From contig JAZOWN010000015.1 in assembly GCA_045659245.1 (NCBI GenBank), positions 4,618 to 68,617 on the forward strand: a DNA stretch of 64,000 bases. Reading direction: 5' to 3'. Of the stretch, positions 1 to 10,465 are shown one piece after another. Numbering within the stretch: position 1 is the stretch's first letter; each line of letters starts with the position of its first letter. Position numbers and translations under genes: made by a program. The notes below the pieces were generated by a model. That model was not told the origin of the DNA, did no database searches, and saw nothing but the letters and a program-made list of their open reading frames with translations. This stretch comes from Eubacteriales bacterium (GTDB taxonomy: Bacteria > Bacillota > Clostridia > Oscillospirales > CAG-272).

Positions 1-1
1 C

Positions 2-1186
2 ATGAATCCCCAGACTTGGGTGGCGTCAGGTCACGTAGGCGGATTTTCCGACCCGCTTATGGACTGCAAGACCTGTAAGACACGTCACCGCGCAGATAAG
101 CTCATTGAGGAGTATGCGTTTGCAAACGGACTTGACGATAACCCCGCAGGCTGGACCTTCGACGAGATGGCGGCATATATCAAGGAAAAAGGAATTGTTT
201 GCCCCGACTGCGGCGGTACGGATTTTGCCGATATAAAGAAATTTAACCTTATGTTTAAGACCTATCAGGGTGTTACCGAGGATTCTACGACAGAGCTTTA
301 TCTCCGTCCTGAGACCGCACAGGGTATTTTCGTTGATTTTGCAAGCATTCAGCGCTCTGCAAGAAAGAAGCTCCCCTTTGGTGTTTGCCAGATCGGTAAA
401 TCCTTCCGTAACGAGATCACTCCCGGTAACTTCACGTTCCGTACCCGTGAGTTTGAGCAGATGGAGCTCGAATTCTTCTGCAAGCCCGGAACTGACCTTG
501 AGTGGTTTGCTTTCTGGAAGGAATACTGCCGCAAGTGGCTTGTTGACCTCGGCATGAGAGAGGAAAACCTCAAGCTTCGCGACCATAGCGCAGAGGAGCT
601 TTGCTTCTACTCCAAGGCAACGACCGACTTTGAATTCTTGTTCCCGTTCGGCTGGGGCGAGCTTTGGGGCGTTGCTGACAGAACTGATTATGACCTCTCA
701 CAGCACGCACAGCACAGCGGTAAGGATATGATGTACTTTGATCAGGAAACCAACGAGAAGTACGTTCCTTACGTTGTTGAGCCCTCGCTTGGTGCTGACC
801 GTGTAGCTCTCGCATTCCTCGTTGACGCATATGACGAAGAAGTGATCGACGCAGAGAAGAACGACGTAAGAACGGTTCTTCACCTGCATCCGTTCCTTGC
901 TCCCTTTAAGGCTGCAGTTCTTCCTCTTTCCAAGAAGCTTTCCGAGGGCGCGGAGAAGGTATTTGAAGACCTCACTAAATACTTCAACGTTGACTACGAC
1001 GAGGCTGGCTCTATCGGTAAGAGATACCGCCGTCAGGACGAGATCGGTACTCCTCTTTGCATTACCTACGACTTTGACTCCGAGACCGACGGCTGCGTAA
1101 CCGTTCGTGACAGAGATACCATGGAGCAGGTAAGAATACCCGTAAGCGAGCTTAAGGCTTATATTGAAAGCAAAATTGAGTTTTAA
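2..1186 (+). CDS. glyQS: Glycine--tRNA ligase (alpha2-type GlyRS), C-terminal ~394 aa; 5' end outside window
   Basis: ORF is open at the window edge. It carries a class II aaRS core ([25 protein letters not shown]) and a C-terminal anticodon-binding region ([19 protein letters not shown]). Confidence 0.9.
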   Translation: MNPQTWVASGHVGGFSDPLMDCKTCKTRHRADKLIEEYAFANGLDDNPAGWTFDEMAAYIKEKGIVCPDCGGTDFADIKKFNLMFKTYQGVTEDSTTELYLRPETAQGIFVDFASIQRSARKKLPFGVCQIGKSFRNEITPGNFTFRTREFEQMELEFFCKPGTDLEWFAFWKEYCRKWLVDLGMREENLKLRDHSAEELCFYSKATTDFEFLFPFGWGELWGVADRTDYDLSQHAQHSGKDMMYFDQETNEKYVPYVVEPSLGADRVALAFLVDAYDEEVIDAEKNDVRTVLHLHPFLAPFKAAVLPLSKKLSEGAEKVFEDLTKYFNVDYDEAGSIGKRYRRQDEIGTPLCITYDFDSETDGCVTVRDRDTMEQVRIPVSELKAYIESKIEF

Positions 1187-1207
1187 AATCTAAAATAAAG
1201 AAATACT

Positions 1208-1236
1208 CCCGAGGGTGCTTTAAAGCTACCCTCGGG
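1208..1236 (+). terminator. GC-rich hairpin after glyQS (9-bp stem cccgagggt/accctcggg), no clear T-run
   Basis: Perfect 9-bp inverted repeat with an 11-nt loop, 22 nt after the stop codon. The weak T tract lowers confidence. Confidence 0.4.
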
Positions 1237-1248
1237 TATGACATTGAT

Positions 1249-2553
1249 ATGAAAACATTCAGACCAAAGCTTTTTTCAACCTTTAAAGGATATAACAAAA
1301 ATAAGTTCGCAAGTGACGTTATCGCGGGCATTATCGTTGCAATAATCGCGCTGCCGCTATCAATTGCATTGGCAATTGCCTCGGGTGCTACTCCGGTTCA
1401 AGGTCTTTATACGGCGGCAATCGCAGGCTTTGTCATTGCGGCGCTTGGCGGAAGCAACGTAAACATTTCCGGTCCGACGGCTGCATTTGCGACCATCGTT
1501 GCGGGTGTTATAGCCTCAAGCGGAATGGACGGGCTCGTCATAGCAACTATTATGGCGGGTATTATTCTTATAATTCTCGGACTTTGCCGCGCAGGATCGC
1601 TTATAAAGTACATGCCTCATACGATAACCGTTGGATTTACCTCAGGTGTTGCCGTGACGATCCTTATCGGTCAGATCAAGGACTTTTTGGGGCTTAGCTT
1701 CGGGGAAGCAAAGCCCGTGGAGGCGGGCGAGAAGGTGCTCGAGATAGTAAAAAACATCGGAACGCTTGATTGGAGATCGCTCGTTGTCGGTGCTATCGGA
1801 CTTATTATACTTGTTGGCTGGAATATCCTTGCTTCAAAAACAAAGGGCACGGCTTCATTGATATTCAAAAAGCTGCCGGGCTCGCTCGTTGCGGTGGTAG
1901 TAGGAATACTTATCGTTTCCCTTACGCCGCTTAAATGCCCCACTATCGGCACGCTTTATACCGATCTTAAGGGCGGATTTCCGATACCGTCCTTGCCGAA
2001 TTTCAACTGGACTACCATGCTTGCAGTCATTCCCGATGCCTTTGCGATCGCGATACTCGCAGCTATCGAGTCACTTTTGTCCTGTGTCGTTTCAGACAAA
2101 ATGGTAGGGGACAAGCATAATTCTAATACAGAGCTTATAGCGCAAGGTGCAGGTAACATTTGTTCAGGACTTTTCGGCGGTATCCCCGCAACGGGAGCGA
2201 TAGCAAGAACTGCCGCAAACGTAAAGAACGGCGGACGCACGCCGATCGCGGGAATCGTTCACGCGCTGGTCATCATGCTGTTTTTGGTGGTGCTTCTGCC
2301 CGTGGCAAAGCTTATACCTATGCCCATAATAGCGGCGATACTCTTTATCGTGGCGTATAATATGAGCGAATGGCGCGAATTCGTCGGTATATGCAAAAGA
2401 CGTAGGGTAGGGGATATTCTCGTGCTTTTGTTGACGTTCGTTCTGACAGTCGTGCTAAATCTCGTTGTTGCGATAATCGCGGGAATAGCGCTCACTCTCG
2501 TGTTTTATGTTATTCATAAAATAAAAATTAGGAAAAGAGGAGAAGAAAAATGA
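1249..2553 (+). CDS. SulP-family inorganic anion (sulfate/bicarbonate) permease, no STAS domain
   Basis: 434-aa polytopic ORF. The N-terminal region FASDVIAGIIVAIIALPLSIALAIASG is typical of SulP transporters, and the ORF ends right after the membrane domain. Confidence 0.8.
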   Translation: MKTFRPKLFSTFKGYNKNKFASDVIAGIIVAIIALPLSIALAIASGATPVQGLYTAAIAGFVIAALGGSNVNISGPTAAFATIVAGVIASSGMDGLVIATIMAGIILIILGLCRAGSLIKYMPHTITVGFTSGVAVTILIGQIKDFLGLSFGEAKPVEAGEKVLEIVKNIGTLDWRSLVVGAIGLIILVGWNILASKTKGTASLIFKKLPGSLVAVVVGILIVSLTPLKCPTIGTLYTDLKGGFPIPSLPNFNWTTMLAVIPDAFAIAILAAIESLLSCVVSDKMVGDKHNSNTELIAQGAGNICSGLFGGIPATGAIARTAANVKNGGRTPIAGIVHALVIMLFLVVLLPVAKLIPMPIIAAILFIVAYNMSEWREFVGICKRRRVGDILVLLLTFVLTVVLNLVVAIIAGIALTLVFYVIHKIKIRKRGEEK

Positions 2554-3989
2554 AAAAAATCAACACGCTTGCATTGGCTCTTGCATGCATACTCTTGCTT
2601 ATGCTTTCTCTTACCTCATGTAACTCCTTAAGATATGCCTTTTTCGATGAGGAGGGCAATTTCATAGGACTTGATAAGTTTTTTAGAGGAGACGACGCGA
2701 ACGAGGACCCAAACATTGAAAATATCGAGCTTTTAAACAGCTCGCCCTATGACCTCGAATATGTTTCTAACGGAGACGGCACGTGTACCGTTTTCATAAG
2801 AATCAAAGAAAACGGTGCTTTTGCTAACAAGGTGATTGCAGATGACGAAAAATCTGCCATAGTTTCCTCAAAGGAAATATTCTATTCTTTCGACGGAAAC
2901 AATATGGTAACAGTGAACCCCACAGAGGGAATATCGGGAAGCTATTATACGTTTTCGTCTTCATATTCGGTAGAGAACCCCGATACCTCTCCCGACGGAG
3001 ATACCGTAACCGCGGTTGGCGACAGCGAATTTTCTGCTTATGCCAACGTTCCGAGAATACTTAGCGTTGAAGCCTTTGAAGAAATAGTGGCGGAATTGAA
3101 CAGCGGCAAGAACGGTGAGAAGATAAGCAGCTTTGACCTCGATAAATTCAGAGCTTATTACTTCTTGCAGGATCCGTCGCAGGTTGGTCCCGGTAATGCT
3201 TACCAAATGAACCAAAAGTATCCCGCAACCCTCGTGGTACCGGTATACGTGCTTGACGAGTCGGTGACGTTACAACAGCTTGAATGGCTTTCCCAAACGC
3301 TTGATGAATATGCGGATTACACCGCTTCCGATTATAAGAACGATTTTAATGCTTTGAAGTCGCAGGTCGCAGAGCAGAACAGCGCCGCTGCCGAAACGCT
3401 TGTATACGGTAATTTTGCGGATAATATTAAGAGAATTGCTCTTCCTTATACCGTAGTTAAAATAGCCGCTAACGCCTTTGCGGGCTGCTACAACATGGAG
3501 CACATCGAGATCAACAGCGATATTGAGGAGCTCGGAGATTATGCATTCAAAGGCTGCAAAAAGCTCCAGAAGGTAGAGCTGCATAACGGCGGACTCACAA
3601 GTATAGGTGAGGGCGCGTTTATGAATTGCGAGGATCTGCGCAACATTTATTTGCCCGAGAGCGTTACGGAGATCGAAGATAAAGCATTCTACGGTTGCAC
3701 CGACTTGCATGCAATAGATCTTTCAATAAATCTCCAAACCATTGGTAAGGAAGCATTCTATGGCTGCGATGCGCTTGAGGGAATAGTTATTCCATATGCA
3801 ACGACCTATATAGGTACTGATGCATTTGTGGAATGTGATTCTCTTGCTGTGGCAGAGGTTGCTTTCTCTGACGGCTGGGTACGTACAGATAAATACGGAA
3901 ACACAGAGAATATTACATTTTCTGATAATGCAACAAACATTTCGTGTCTCAAGGCTGAAGGCTTTGAATATACGAGAATAAGCAGATAA
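2550..3989 (+). CDS. Lipoprotein with BspA-type leucine-rich repeats
   Basis: Signal peptide plus lipobox (LSLTSC). The C-terminal half has ~23-aa repeats (IxxxAFxxCxxLxxIxLP). A 4-nt overlap with the upstream gene suggests coupling. Confidence 0.7.
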   Translation: MKKINTLALALACILLLMLSLTSCNSLRYAFFDEEGNFIGLDKFFRGDDANEDPNIENIELLNSSPYDLEYVSNGDGTCTVFIRIKENGAFANKVIADDEKSAIVSSKEIFYSFDGNNMVTVNPTEGISGSYYTFSSSYSVENPDTSPDGDTVTAVGDSEFSAYANVPRILSVEAFEEIVAELNSGKNGEKISSFDLDKFRAYYFLQDPSQVGPGNAYQMNQKYPATLVVPVYVLDESVTLQQLEWLSQTLDEYADYTASDYKNDFNALKSQVAEQNSAAAETLVYGNFADNIKRIALPYTVVKIAANAFAGCYNMEHIEINSDIEELGDYAFKGCKKLQKVELHNGGLTSIGEGAFMNCEDLRNIYLPESVTEIEDKAFYGCTDLHAIDLSINLQTIGKEAFYGCDALEGIVIPYATTYIGTDAFVECDSLAVAEVAFSDGWVRTDKYGNTENITFSDNATNISCLKAEGFEYTRISR

Positions 3990-4045
3990 ATATAACAAAG
4001 GGGCTGCTTCATTTCGCGCAGAACAAAAACACACGGAAATAGACA

Positions 4046-4100
4046 TAAAAAAGATACCGCTTTATTATCAAGAAATTGATGGTAAAGCGGTATTTGCGGT
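4046..4100. terminator. Bidirectional intrinsic terminator
   Basis: 11-bp stem ataccgcttta/taaagcggtat, flanked by an A-run on the 5' side and a T-rich tract on the 3' side. Confidence 0.7.
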
Positions 4101-4156
4101 ATTTTAGGTAGAAATTCTTGCGAATTTCAATTTTTATGTGTGTTTTTTAGCCGCGT

Positions 4157-4196
4157 TTTGGCTCTCTGGCGTACCATTGTACGCCAGAGAGCCAAA
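4157..4196. repeat. Perfect 18-bp inverted repeat (tttggctctctggcgtac / gtacgccagagagccaaa), 4-nt loop
   Basis: Read directly from the sequence. No adjacent T-run on either strand, so it is not a classical terminator. Confidence 0.8.
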
Positions 4197-4241
4197 CCAC
4201 GACTTCTGCATCTAAATGACTCAGTCCCTTTTATACTTTGT

Positions 4242-5447
4242 TCAAAGAATTCCAAGAGTATTAAGAAGCTCGTGACGAATTGGAAGAACGAAGCTGCTGT
4301 CTCCGGATATTAAGAGCGTTGAGCTCTTATCTAGGGAGGGAAGCGCTTGCTTTACGAACGATTTTGGCGTTTTAAATACGTATGCACCATCGCAATTCGT
4401 GTCGGACGTGTAGGTTTCGGCAATCTCAAAGCCACGTACTGTGAGCGCTGTCGAGTATTCAGCAATAAGGTCGCTTGACGGCAGGCAAAGAGAAATTCCT
4501 TTTATGGAGTTGCTTCCAAGCTCGACGAGGGCATCGCACGTCGTTGGTATTGCCGCGGACGAGTGAGCGCTGTCAACGATTATTAAAGGGGATACAGACA
4601 GCACCTCAAACTTTGCCGCAAGGCGAAGACGAGACAACCCCTCCTTTATAGCGGCTGTGTCTACCGCAAACCCCTTTCGCGAGAGCATTTCAAGTCCCTC
4701 AATTGCAAGCAGCGCGTTTGAAACCTGAAATACGCCGCATACGTTGAGTCTGTATTTCTCACTCTTGTATGAAAAATCCGCACCCATAAAGGTTGAGCGA
4801 TCTACTGTAAGCGCATTACGCGAGGGAAGAGTCAGACGGCAGTTTGCCGAATAGCAAATATCCGATATTGCCTTGTAAGCATGCGGATTTTGCGGTGCGC
4901 TTATTATTTCCTCAATGTCGCGGGAAACAAACGTACGGATACGACTGATCTCTGCTTCGTCGTTATCGGGGAGCGTTCCGCAAATTATCGCGGCAAAGGG
5001 GGAGGGAAGATTTATCGAGGGGTCGTTTCCGTGGTGCTTGCTTTCGATAATTGTCAATGCACAGTTGCTTTCCTTGAATGCGAGCAGAGCGACTGCGAGG
5101 AAGATTTCAGCGCTTGTCGGGGTCAGGTCGCTTTCGATAAGCGTATGCTTGACGGTGTCGACAAGCCTTGCAAAATCGGAAAAAGAGATAGGCTTGTTGT
5201 TAATAAGAATATTCTCACGAGGCTCATCTCCCACGGGCATGCGCAAAAAACCGACCTGATGCTGAGTTTTTGCAAGCACCTCGGCGAGCATCTGTCCACA
5301 TACGGTTTTACCGTTGCTTCCCGCAAGCCTTAAAAATTTTAATCTCTTTTGGGGGTTGCCAAGTAGCAAAAGCAATTCGGCAAGCCGACTTTCGTCAGCG
5401 TGCTCGGGCGCCCCCGCAAGGTATTTTTTTGCATTGAGATAGGTCAT
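4242..5447 (-). CDS. Mur-ligase-family protein, folylpolyglutamate synthase-like
   Basis: N-terminal P-loop region LAGSNGKTVCGQMLAEVL and overall FolC/Mur ligase layout. Divergent, so the exact activity is uncertain. Confidence 0.65.
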   Translation of the reverse strand: MTYLNAKKYLAGAPEHADESRLAELLLLLGNPQKRLKFLRLAGSNGKTVCGQMLAEVLAKTQHQVGFLRMPVGDEPRENILINNKPISFSDFARLVDTVKHTLIESDLTPTSAEIFLAVALLAFKESNCALTIIESKHHGNDPSINLPSPFAAIICGTLPDNDEAEISRIRTFVSRDIEEIISAPQNPHAYKAISDICYSANCRLTLPSRNALTVDRSTFMGADFSYKSEKYRLNVCGVFQVSNALLAIEGLEMLSRKGFAVDTAAIKEGLSRLRLAAKFEVLSVSPLIIVDSAHSSAAIPTTCDALVELGSNSIKGISLCLPSSDLIAEYSTALTVRGFEIAETYTSDTNCDGAYVFKTPKSFVKQALPSLDKSSTLLISGDSSFVLPIRHELLNTLGIL

Positions 5448-5477
5448 AAATTAAAACCCTTTTTGTAAGTTAGGAAT

Positions 5478-6683
5478 TCAGAAATGCAAGCCCTCGAGTG
5501 TGTCACCGCAAAGAAAACGCTTTGCGGCAAGATATTCCTCCATAGCGCGTCTCGCTTCGGGAGAGTCGGGCTTGAATCCGCGCTTGCGTACAGCACGGAG
5601 CATAACGTTCTTAGGTGTTTCATCGGGATCTATAAGCTCAAGCGCCGCCGTCGAGTAGCCATGCGCTTCAAGTCTTTTAAGACGCAGTGCATCTGTTGCG
5701 GCATCGCAAAGCTTCTGGCGAAGCATGGAATAGTCCGTTATAAAGGAAAGAGAGGGGCTTGAAATTACCTTGTTCATCTCGTGGTGACAGCAGGGAGTTG
5801 ACAAAATAACGTCCGCTTGCCATTCAGCTGCCTTTTCAAGCACGATGTCCGTGGCAATATCACATGCATGCAGGGAGATTACGAGCGAGGGCGGTATGTC
5901 TGTCTTGTACGCGCGTATGTCTCCAGAGACGAATTCAAGTCCGTCAAAGCCAAGGTCGCGCGCAGTGCGGGAGCAATGCTCGATAACGTCACTCTTGAGA
6001 TCAATTCCCGTCATGCTAACCTTGTATCCCTTTATATTAGCAAAATAATGATATACCGCAAATGAAAGATAGCTCTTACCGCAGCAGAGGTCGCATATGC
6101 GAAGCTCGTCCTTGGGAAGCTTGTCCTCAACGTCGCGCACAAGCTCAAGGAAACGGTTGATTTGTCTAAACTTTGATTGCTTTTTATCGTATATGCGCCC
6201 ATTTTTGTCGGACACACCGAGATACGTAAGAAAGGGCTCGCTTCCGTCGAGAATATACCTTTTCTCTCTGTTGTTATGTACAGAAGCAGGCACTATCTGC
6301 GCACTCAAATCAAGCTTTCTTTTAAGCTTATCGCTGCCGATGAGCGTGCATTTTCCACTTTTTGAGGTGCGAAGCTCGCAGTCGCCGAGAGCGGTGAGCA
6401 GATTTATCTGTCCAAAGCCCAACGCGACCTGGAGAATGTCAGACGCGGCATTCTCACCGAGAACAATATTCTTGTGTGTTGCCTTGTTGTCCGTATGGAA
6501 AAATTCTATCTGCAAACAAGCAGAGCCGCCGACGGAGATCGGCGACGCTGCTGCTTTTATTATTGATCTGTCCTCGGACTTTGAAAAAACTGCCTTTCTG
6601 AGAGCCCCCTTGCTTGCCGAGTGTACAATGAGCTCGCAAAGCTCAAGATACGTGCCCTCGTAAGAAGTGCTTATATTACTCAT
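5478..6683 (-). CDS. Class I SAM-dependent methyltransferase domain protein
   Basis: The central motif ICDLCCGKSYLS matches a motif I-like SAM-binding loop, followed by the acidic loop GIDLK. The 4-nt overlap with plsY indicates an operon. Confidence 0.6.
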   Translation of the reverse strand: MSNISTSYEGTYLELCELIVHSASKGALRKAVFSKSEDRSIIKAAASPISVGGSACLQIEFFHTDNKATHKNIVLGENAASDILQVALGFGQINLLTALGDCELRTSKSGKCTLIGSDKLKRKLDLSAQIVPASVHNNREKRYILDGSEPFLTYLGVSDKNGRIYDKKQSKFRQINRFLELVRDVEDKLPKDELRICDLCCGKSYLSFAVYHYFANIKGYKVSMTGIDLKSDVIEHCSRTARDLGFDGLEFVSGDIRAYKTDIPPSLVISLHACDIATDIVLEKAAEWQADVILSTPCCHHEMNKVISSPSLSFITDYSMLRQKLCDAATDALRLKRLEAHGYSTAALELIDPDETPKNVMLRAVRKRGFKPDSPEARRAMEEYLAAKRFLCGDTLEGLHF

Positions 6684-7480
6684 TTGTCCGCGCCTTCTTG
6701 CTCGCCGGCATTGTTATCAGCCTTGATAACGTCCTCAGCCTTAACGCTCTTCTTAAATACGAATTTGCTTTCCTTGCCCTCGCGCAGACGCTTTATGTTT
6801 TCCTTGTGCTTGTAGATTACGAGCACCGCGATAAGAAGCGCGAATATAACATAGGGGCTTCCCGATACGGGCTCGGAGTCACCAAGCTGTATTGCGGGCA
6901 AGAGCCAGGAATCAACACCGGCAAGTATAAAGGGATACATAAGCATGCACATGACCGCGCCGAGAGATATGTATCTCGTAAAGCCAACGATCAAGGCATA
7001 AAGCGATGCAACTATGAGAAATACAAATGAGTTGCACATACACATTGTAACGGCTGACGTAACGACGCCCTTACCGCCCTTGAACCTGTAATAGATAGGG
7101 TACATATGTCCGATAACGGATGCGGTACCTGCAATATAAGCGCCAAGGTTTCCGAGAAGCGCGTAACCGATAAGGCACGCAACTATTGCTTTCATAGTAT
7201 CCCCGAGGAAGGTAAGTCCGGCAGCCTTACGTCCGTAGGTACGCATCATGTTGGTCATGCCTGCGTTTTTGCTTCCGAAATTACGAATATCCTGCTTGTA
7301 GGTCCTGCCTGAAATGATTATCGCAAAGTTAAGGCTTCCGAGCAAATAAGATGCCACGGCGGCAACTACGCAGCTTGCGACGAAAAGCGTCATCGCAAGG
7401 GCACCGTTATTTTCAAACAGAAGATTTTTGTTGATATAGTGCAGCACGAAGCCACTGTCAAAAAAGTCAGCAATTGTCAT
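6680..7480 (-). CDS. plsY: Glycerol-3-phosphate acyltransferase PlsY (acyl-phosphate dependent)
   Basis: Motifs GSLNFAIIISG, GSKNAGMTN and HMYPIYYRFKGGKGV are typical PlsY. The start is uncertain, with an alternative ATG at 7393. A charged C-terminal tail is present. Confidence 0.85.
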   Translation of the reverse strand: MTIADFFDSGFVLHYINKNLLFENNGALAMTLFVASCVVAAVASYLLGSLNFAIIISGRTYKQDIRNFGSKNAGMTNMMRTYGRKAAGLTFLGDTMKAIVACLIGYALLGNLGAYIAGTASVIGHMYPIYYRFKGGKGVVTSAVTMCMCNSFVFLIVASLYALIVGFTRYISLGAVMCMLMYPFILAGVDSWLLPAIQLGDSEPVSGSPYVIFALLIAVLVIYKHKENIKRLREGKESKFVFKKSVKAEDVIKADNNAGEQEGADK

Positions 7481-7603
7481 GTTAGTACCTAGCCTTTCAT
7501 AATTACATACATGCCTATTATATCACATTTTTTTACAATAATCAATAGCTTTAAATAAAAAAGAGGGGATAAGCATTTAGCTTATCCCCAAAAAATATTT
7601 TGT

Positions 7604-9412
7604 TTATTTTGCTTTTTTATTTGTAATAAACTTGATCACAAACAAAGTTCCGATAGTAAGAACTATGCCGAGCGCAAGAGATATTACTGCGTTAGCTGCG
7701 AAGCCGAGTACCGTCGAAAGAACTCCTGCAATAATGAACATTACAAAGGAGATAACTGCAACCGTAACTGCGTAAGGAATCTGTGTTGAAACATGGTTGA
7801 GATGGTTGCACTGACCGCCCGCAGAGGACATGATAGTCGTGTCGGATATAGGAGAGCAGTGGTCACCGCAAACAGCACCTGCAAGGCAAGCGGACATACC
7901 GATAATGAGAAGCTCGGGGTTGCCATCGAAGATAGCGGTAACGATCGGGATAAGAATACCGAACGTGCCCCAAGAGGTTCCCGTAGCAAATGCAAGAACG
8001 CAAGCTACGAGGAAGATAATAGCGGGCAGGAAGAGTCCAAGCGCTTCTGCGGAATTGCTCATAAGATCGCCGATGTAGTACTTAGCGCCGAGAGCCGACG
8101 TCATGTTCTTAAGTGCTGTTGCAAAGGTAAGAATGAGAATTGCGGGAACCATTGCGATAAAGCCCTGGGGAACACAAGCCATGGTGTCTTTAAGATTAAG
8201 GCAACGGCGAACGAGCATGTAAGCCATTATCAGAACGAGCGCGATAAGACCGCCCCAAGGAAGTCCTACGGTTGCGTCGGTGTTTGCAAAAGCGTCGATG
8301 ACGTTTGTAACACCCTCAGTCTGGTATCCAACGTAAATAAGTGCACCGATGCAGCTCGCGATAAGAGCAACTACGGGGACTACAAGATCGAGAATGCTGT
8401 TCTTTGCAGTTTCGGCAACCTCCTCGGAAACCTCGTTCTTGTCTCCCGTGGTGTAGAGATCACCGTGCTCGATCGCGTTGAACTCATGAAGCTTCATAGG
8501 ACCGTAATCGAATCTCATGAGAATTATAGCAACTACGAAAACGATAGTAAGCAAGGAGTAGAAGTTAAAGGGAATAGCCTTAATGAAGTAGGTAAGTCCC
8601 TGTCCCTCCTCAACGTGGGAAGAAACAGCTGCCGCCCAGCTTGAAATGGGAGCTATCATGCATATAGGCGCAGCAGTTGCGTCGATTATGTACGCGAGCT
8701 TTGAGCGAGAGACGCGCTTGCTGTCGGTAACAGGGCGCATAACTGAGCCGACCGTCAGACAGTTGAAGTAGTCGTCAACGAAGATAAGCACTCCAAGCGC
8801 AAAGGTCGCAAGCTGCGCACCAACGCGAGTTTTTATGTGCTTTTGAGCCCATCTTCCGAAAGCCGCGGAGCCGCCCGCTCTGTTGATAAGAGCAACGACG
8901 ATACCAAGCTCAACAAGGAAGATAAATACGCCTGCGGTATCCATCACGGCGGATATGAGTCCGTCGCTTATCACAGCGTCAACCGTTCCTGTAAAGGAGA
9001 AGTCGGAGTAGAGAATAGCGCCCGAAACGATACCTGCAAACAGAGAGCTGTAAACCTCTTTTGTTATGAGCGCAAGTCCGATCGCGATGATCGGGGGAAG
9101 CAGAGCCCAAAGCGAGCCTGTAACGGAAGCCTCGCCACCGCAGGTGTCACAGTAAACTGCAAACGTGTCGCGGCAGGTGTAGCAGTCGGAGTAGTGTCCG
9201 TCTCCCTCACATTCCGCACAGGTAAGCATTGCTTCTGCGTCTGCCTCGCAGACCTCACAGATGCAGTCGGAGCATTCAACCCAGCCCTCGTTACATCCGT
9301 CGGGGCAAGCAAAGGACGTGCCCGCAGCACCGCCGGTAAGCTTTGCAACCACCAGCAGAGCGATAATTATTACTATCGCTACGGCAAGAATGATCTTTTT
9401 AGTCTTTGTCAT
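7604..9412 (-). CDS. NhaC-family Na+/H+ antiporter with an N-terminal TM anchor plus Cys-rich domain
   Basis: Polytopic C-terminal ~490 aa of NhaC type. Start chosen at ATG 9412 (GGAGG RBS) rather than the ORF-track start at 9478. There are 12 Cys in 56 residues after the first TM. Confidence 0.75.
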   Translation of the reverse strand: MTKTKKIILAVAIVIIIALLVVAKLTGGAAGTSFACPDGCNEGWVECSDCICEVCEADAEAMLTCAECEGDGHYSDCYTCRDTFAVYCDTCGGEASVTGSLWALLPPIIAIGLALITKEVYSSLFAGIVSGAILYSDFSFTGTVDAVISDGLISAVMDTAGVFIFLVELGIVVALINRAGGSAAFGRWAQKHIKTRVGAQLATFALGVLIFVDDYFNCLTVGSVMRPVTDSKRVSRSKLAYIIDATAAPICMIAPISSWAAAVSSHVEEGQGLTYFIKAIPFNFYSLLTIVFVVAIILMRFDYGPMKLHEFNAIEHGDLYTTGDKNEVSEEVAETAKNSILDLVVPVVALIASCIGALIYVGYQTEGVTNVIDAFANTDATVGLPWGGLIALVLIMAYMLVRRCLNLKDTMACVPQGFIAMVPAILILTFATALKNMTSALGAKYYIGDLMSNSAEALGLFLPAIIFLVACVLAFATGTSWGTFGILIPIVTAIFDGNPELLIIGMSACLAGAVCGDHCSPISDTTIMSSAGGQCNHLNHVSTQIPYAVTVAVISFVMFIIAGVLSTVLGFAANAVISLALGIVLTIGTLFVIKFITNKKAK

Positions 9413-9499
9413 AATACCTCCACAGTTTATGAATTTATTAGATACATCAATTTTAACATATTTTGTCGAAATATGCAATCCCTTTTACAAATTTTCTAT

Positions 9500-9531
9500 A
9501 AAAAAAAGGCACCGAGATTTTCGGTGCCTTG
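9500..9531 (-). terminator. Intrinsic terminator of ribF
   Basis: Stem aaggcaccga/tcggtgcctt, followed on the minus strand by a T8 run. Confidence 0.85.
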
Positions 9532-9547
9532 TCGGTCACATTCGAGA

Positions 9548-10465
9548 CTATCTATGCAATATTTGTTTTGCTTTTTCTATATCTGCGCGCACCTGCGCCG
9601 CCATTTCCTCAATGCTTGAAAATTTTTTCTCGGAACGGACAAACTCAATAAATTCGGTAGTGATCCTTTTGCCGTAAACGTCACCCTCAAAGTCAAACAT
9701 GTGCGTTTCCGCACAGAGAATACCCGTATCGACCGTCGGACGAATGCCTACGTTCGTTATGCCGTAATATGAGAAGCCATCAAAGGAGGTTTTTGTAAGA
9801 TAAACGCCGTTTTTAGGCAACAGCATGTCCTTTTCGGGAAGAACGTTGACCGTCGGGAAGCCGAGCTTTCGTGCGAGATGCTGACCGCTTACGACCTCGG
9901 ACGTTATAGAGTAGGGATACCCTAAAAGACCCGCCGCCGTCTTTACATCGCCGCCTGAGATAAGAGAGCGTATCTCCGACGAGCTTACCGAAAGACCGTC
10001 CACTCGGTATTCGGGCACGACGCTGATACCGATGCCGTGCTTTTTGCAAATCTTCTCTAACATAACTGCATTTCCATGCGCACCCTTGCCAAAGGTGTAG
10101 TTATATCCGCAGCATACGTGGACAGCACCGAGCTTCTTTATTACGATCTCCTCTATAAAATCTTGCGCGTCAATTGAGAGTATTTCTGACGTAAGCGGCA
10201 AGGAGACACATACGGAAATTCCAAGCTCCTCAAAAAAACGAAGCTTTGAGTCATCGGAGGAGATAAGACTTACAGACTCGGGCGCGAAGAAAGTGCGCAC
10301 GGGCTTGTCAAAGGTGAGGACAGCCGTGCGGCAGTTAAGTTTTTTTGCAGCCTCGACGCCTGCGCGAAGCACCTGTCGGTGTCCCTCGTGTACTCCGTCA
10401 AAGCAACCGAGAACGACAGAAAAGGGCTCGTTAAACTCAAAGTTCAGCCCTCTGTGTATTACCAT
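9548..10465 (-). CDS. ribF: Bifunctional riboflavin kinase / FMN adenylyltransferase
   Basis: N-terminal FAD synthetase (GCFDGVHEGHRQV) and C-terminal riboflavin kinase (GFPTVNV ... GIRPT ... ETHMFDFEGDVYGK). Confidence 0.9.
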   Translation of the reverse strand: MVIHRGLNFEFNEPFSVVLGCFDGVHEGHRQVLRAGVEAAKKLNCRTAVLTFDKPVRTFFAPESVSLISSDDSKLRFFEELGISVCVSLPLTSEILSIDAQDFIEEIVIKKLGAVHVCCGYNYTFGKGAHGNAVMLEKICKKHGIGISVVPEYRVDGLSVSSSEIRSLISGGDVKTAAGLLGYPYSITSEVVSGQHLARKLGFPTVNVLPEKDMLLPKNGVYLTKTSFDGFSYYGITNVGIRPTVDTGILCAETHMFDFEGDVYGKRITTEFIEFVRSEKKFSSIEEMAAQVRADIEKAKQILHR

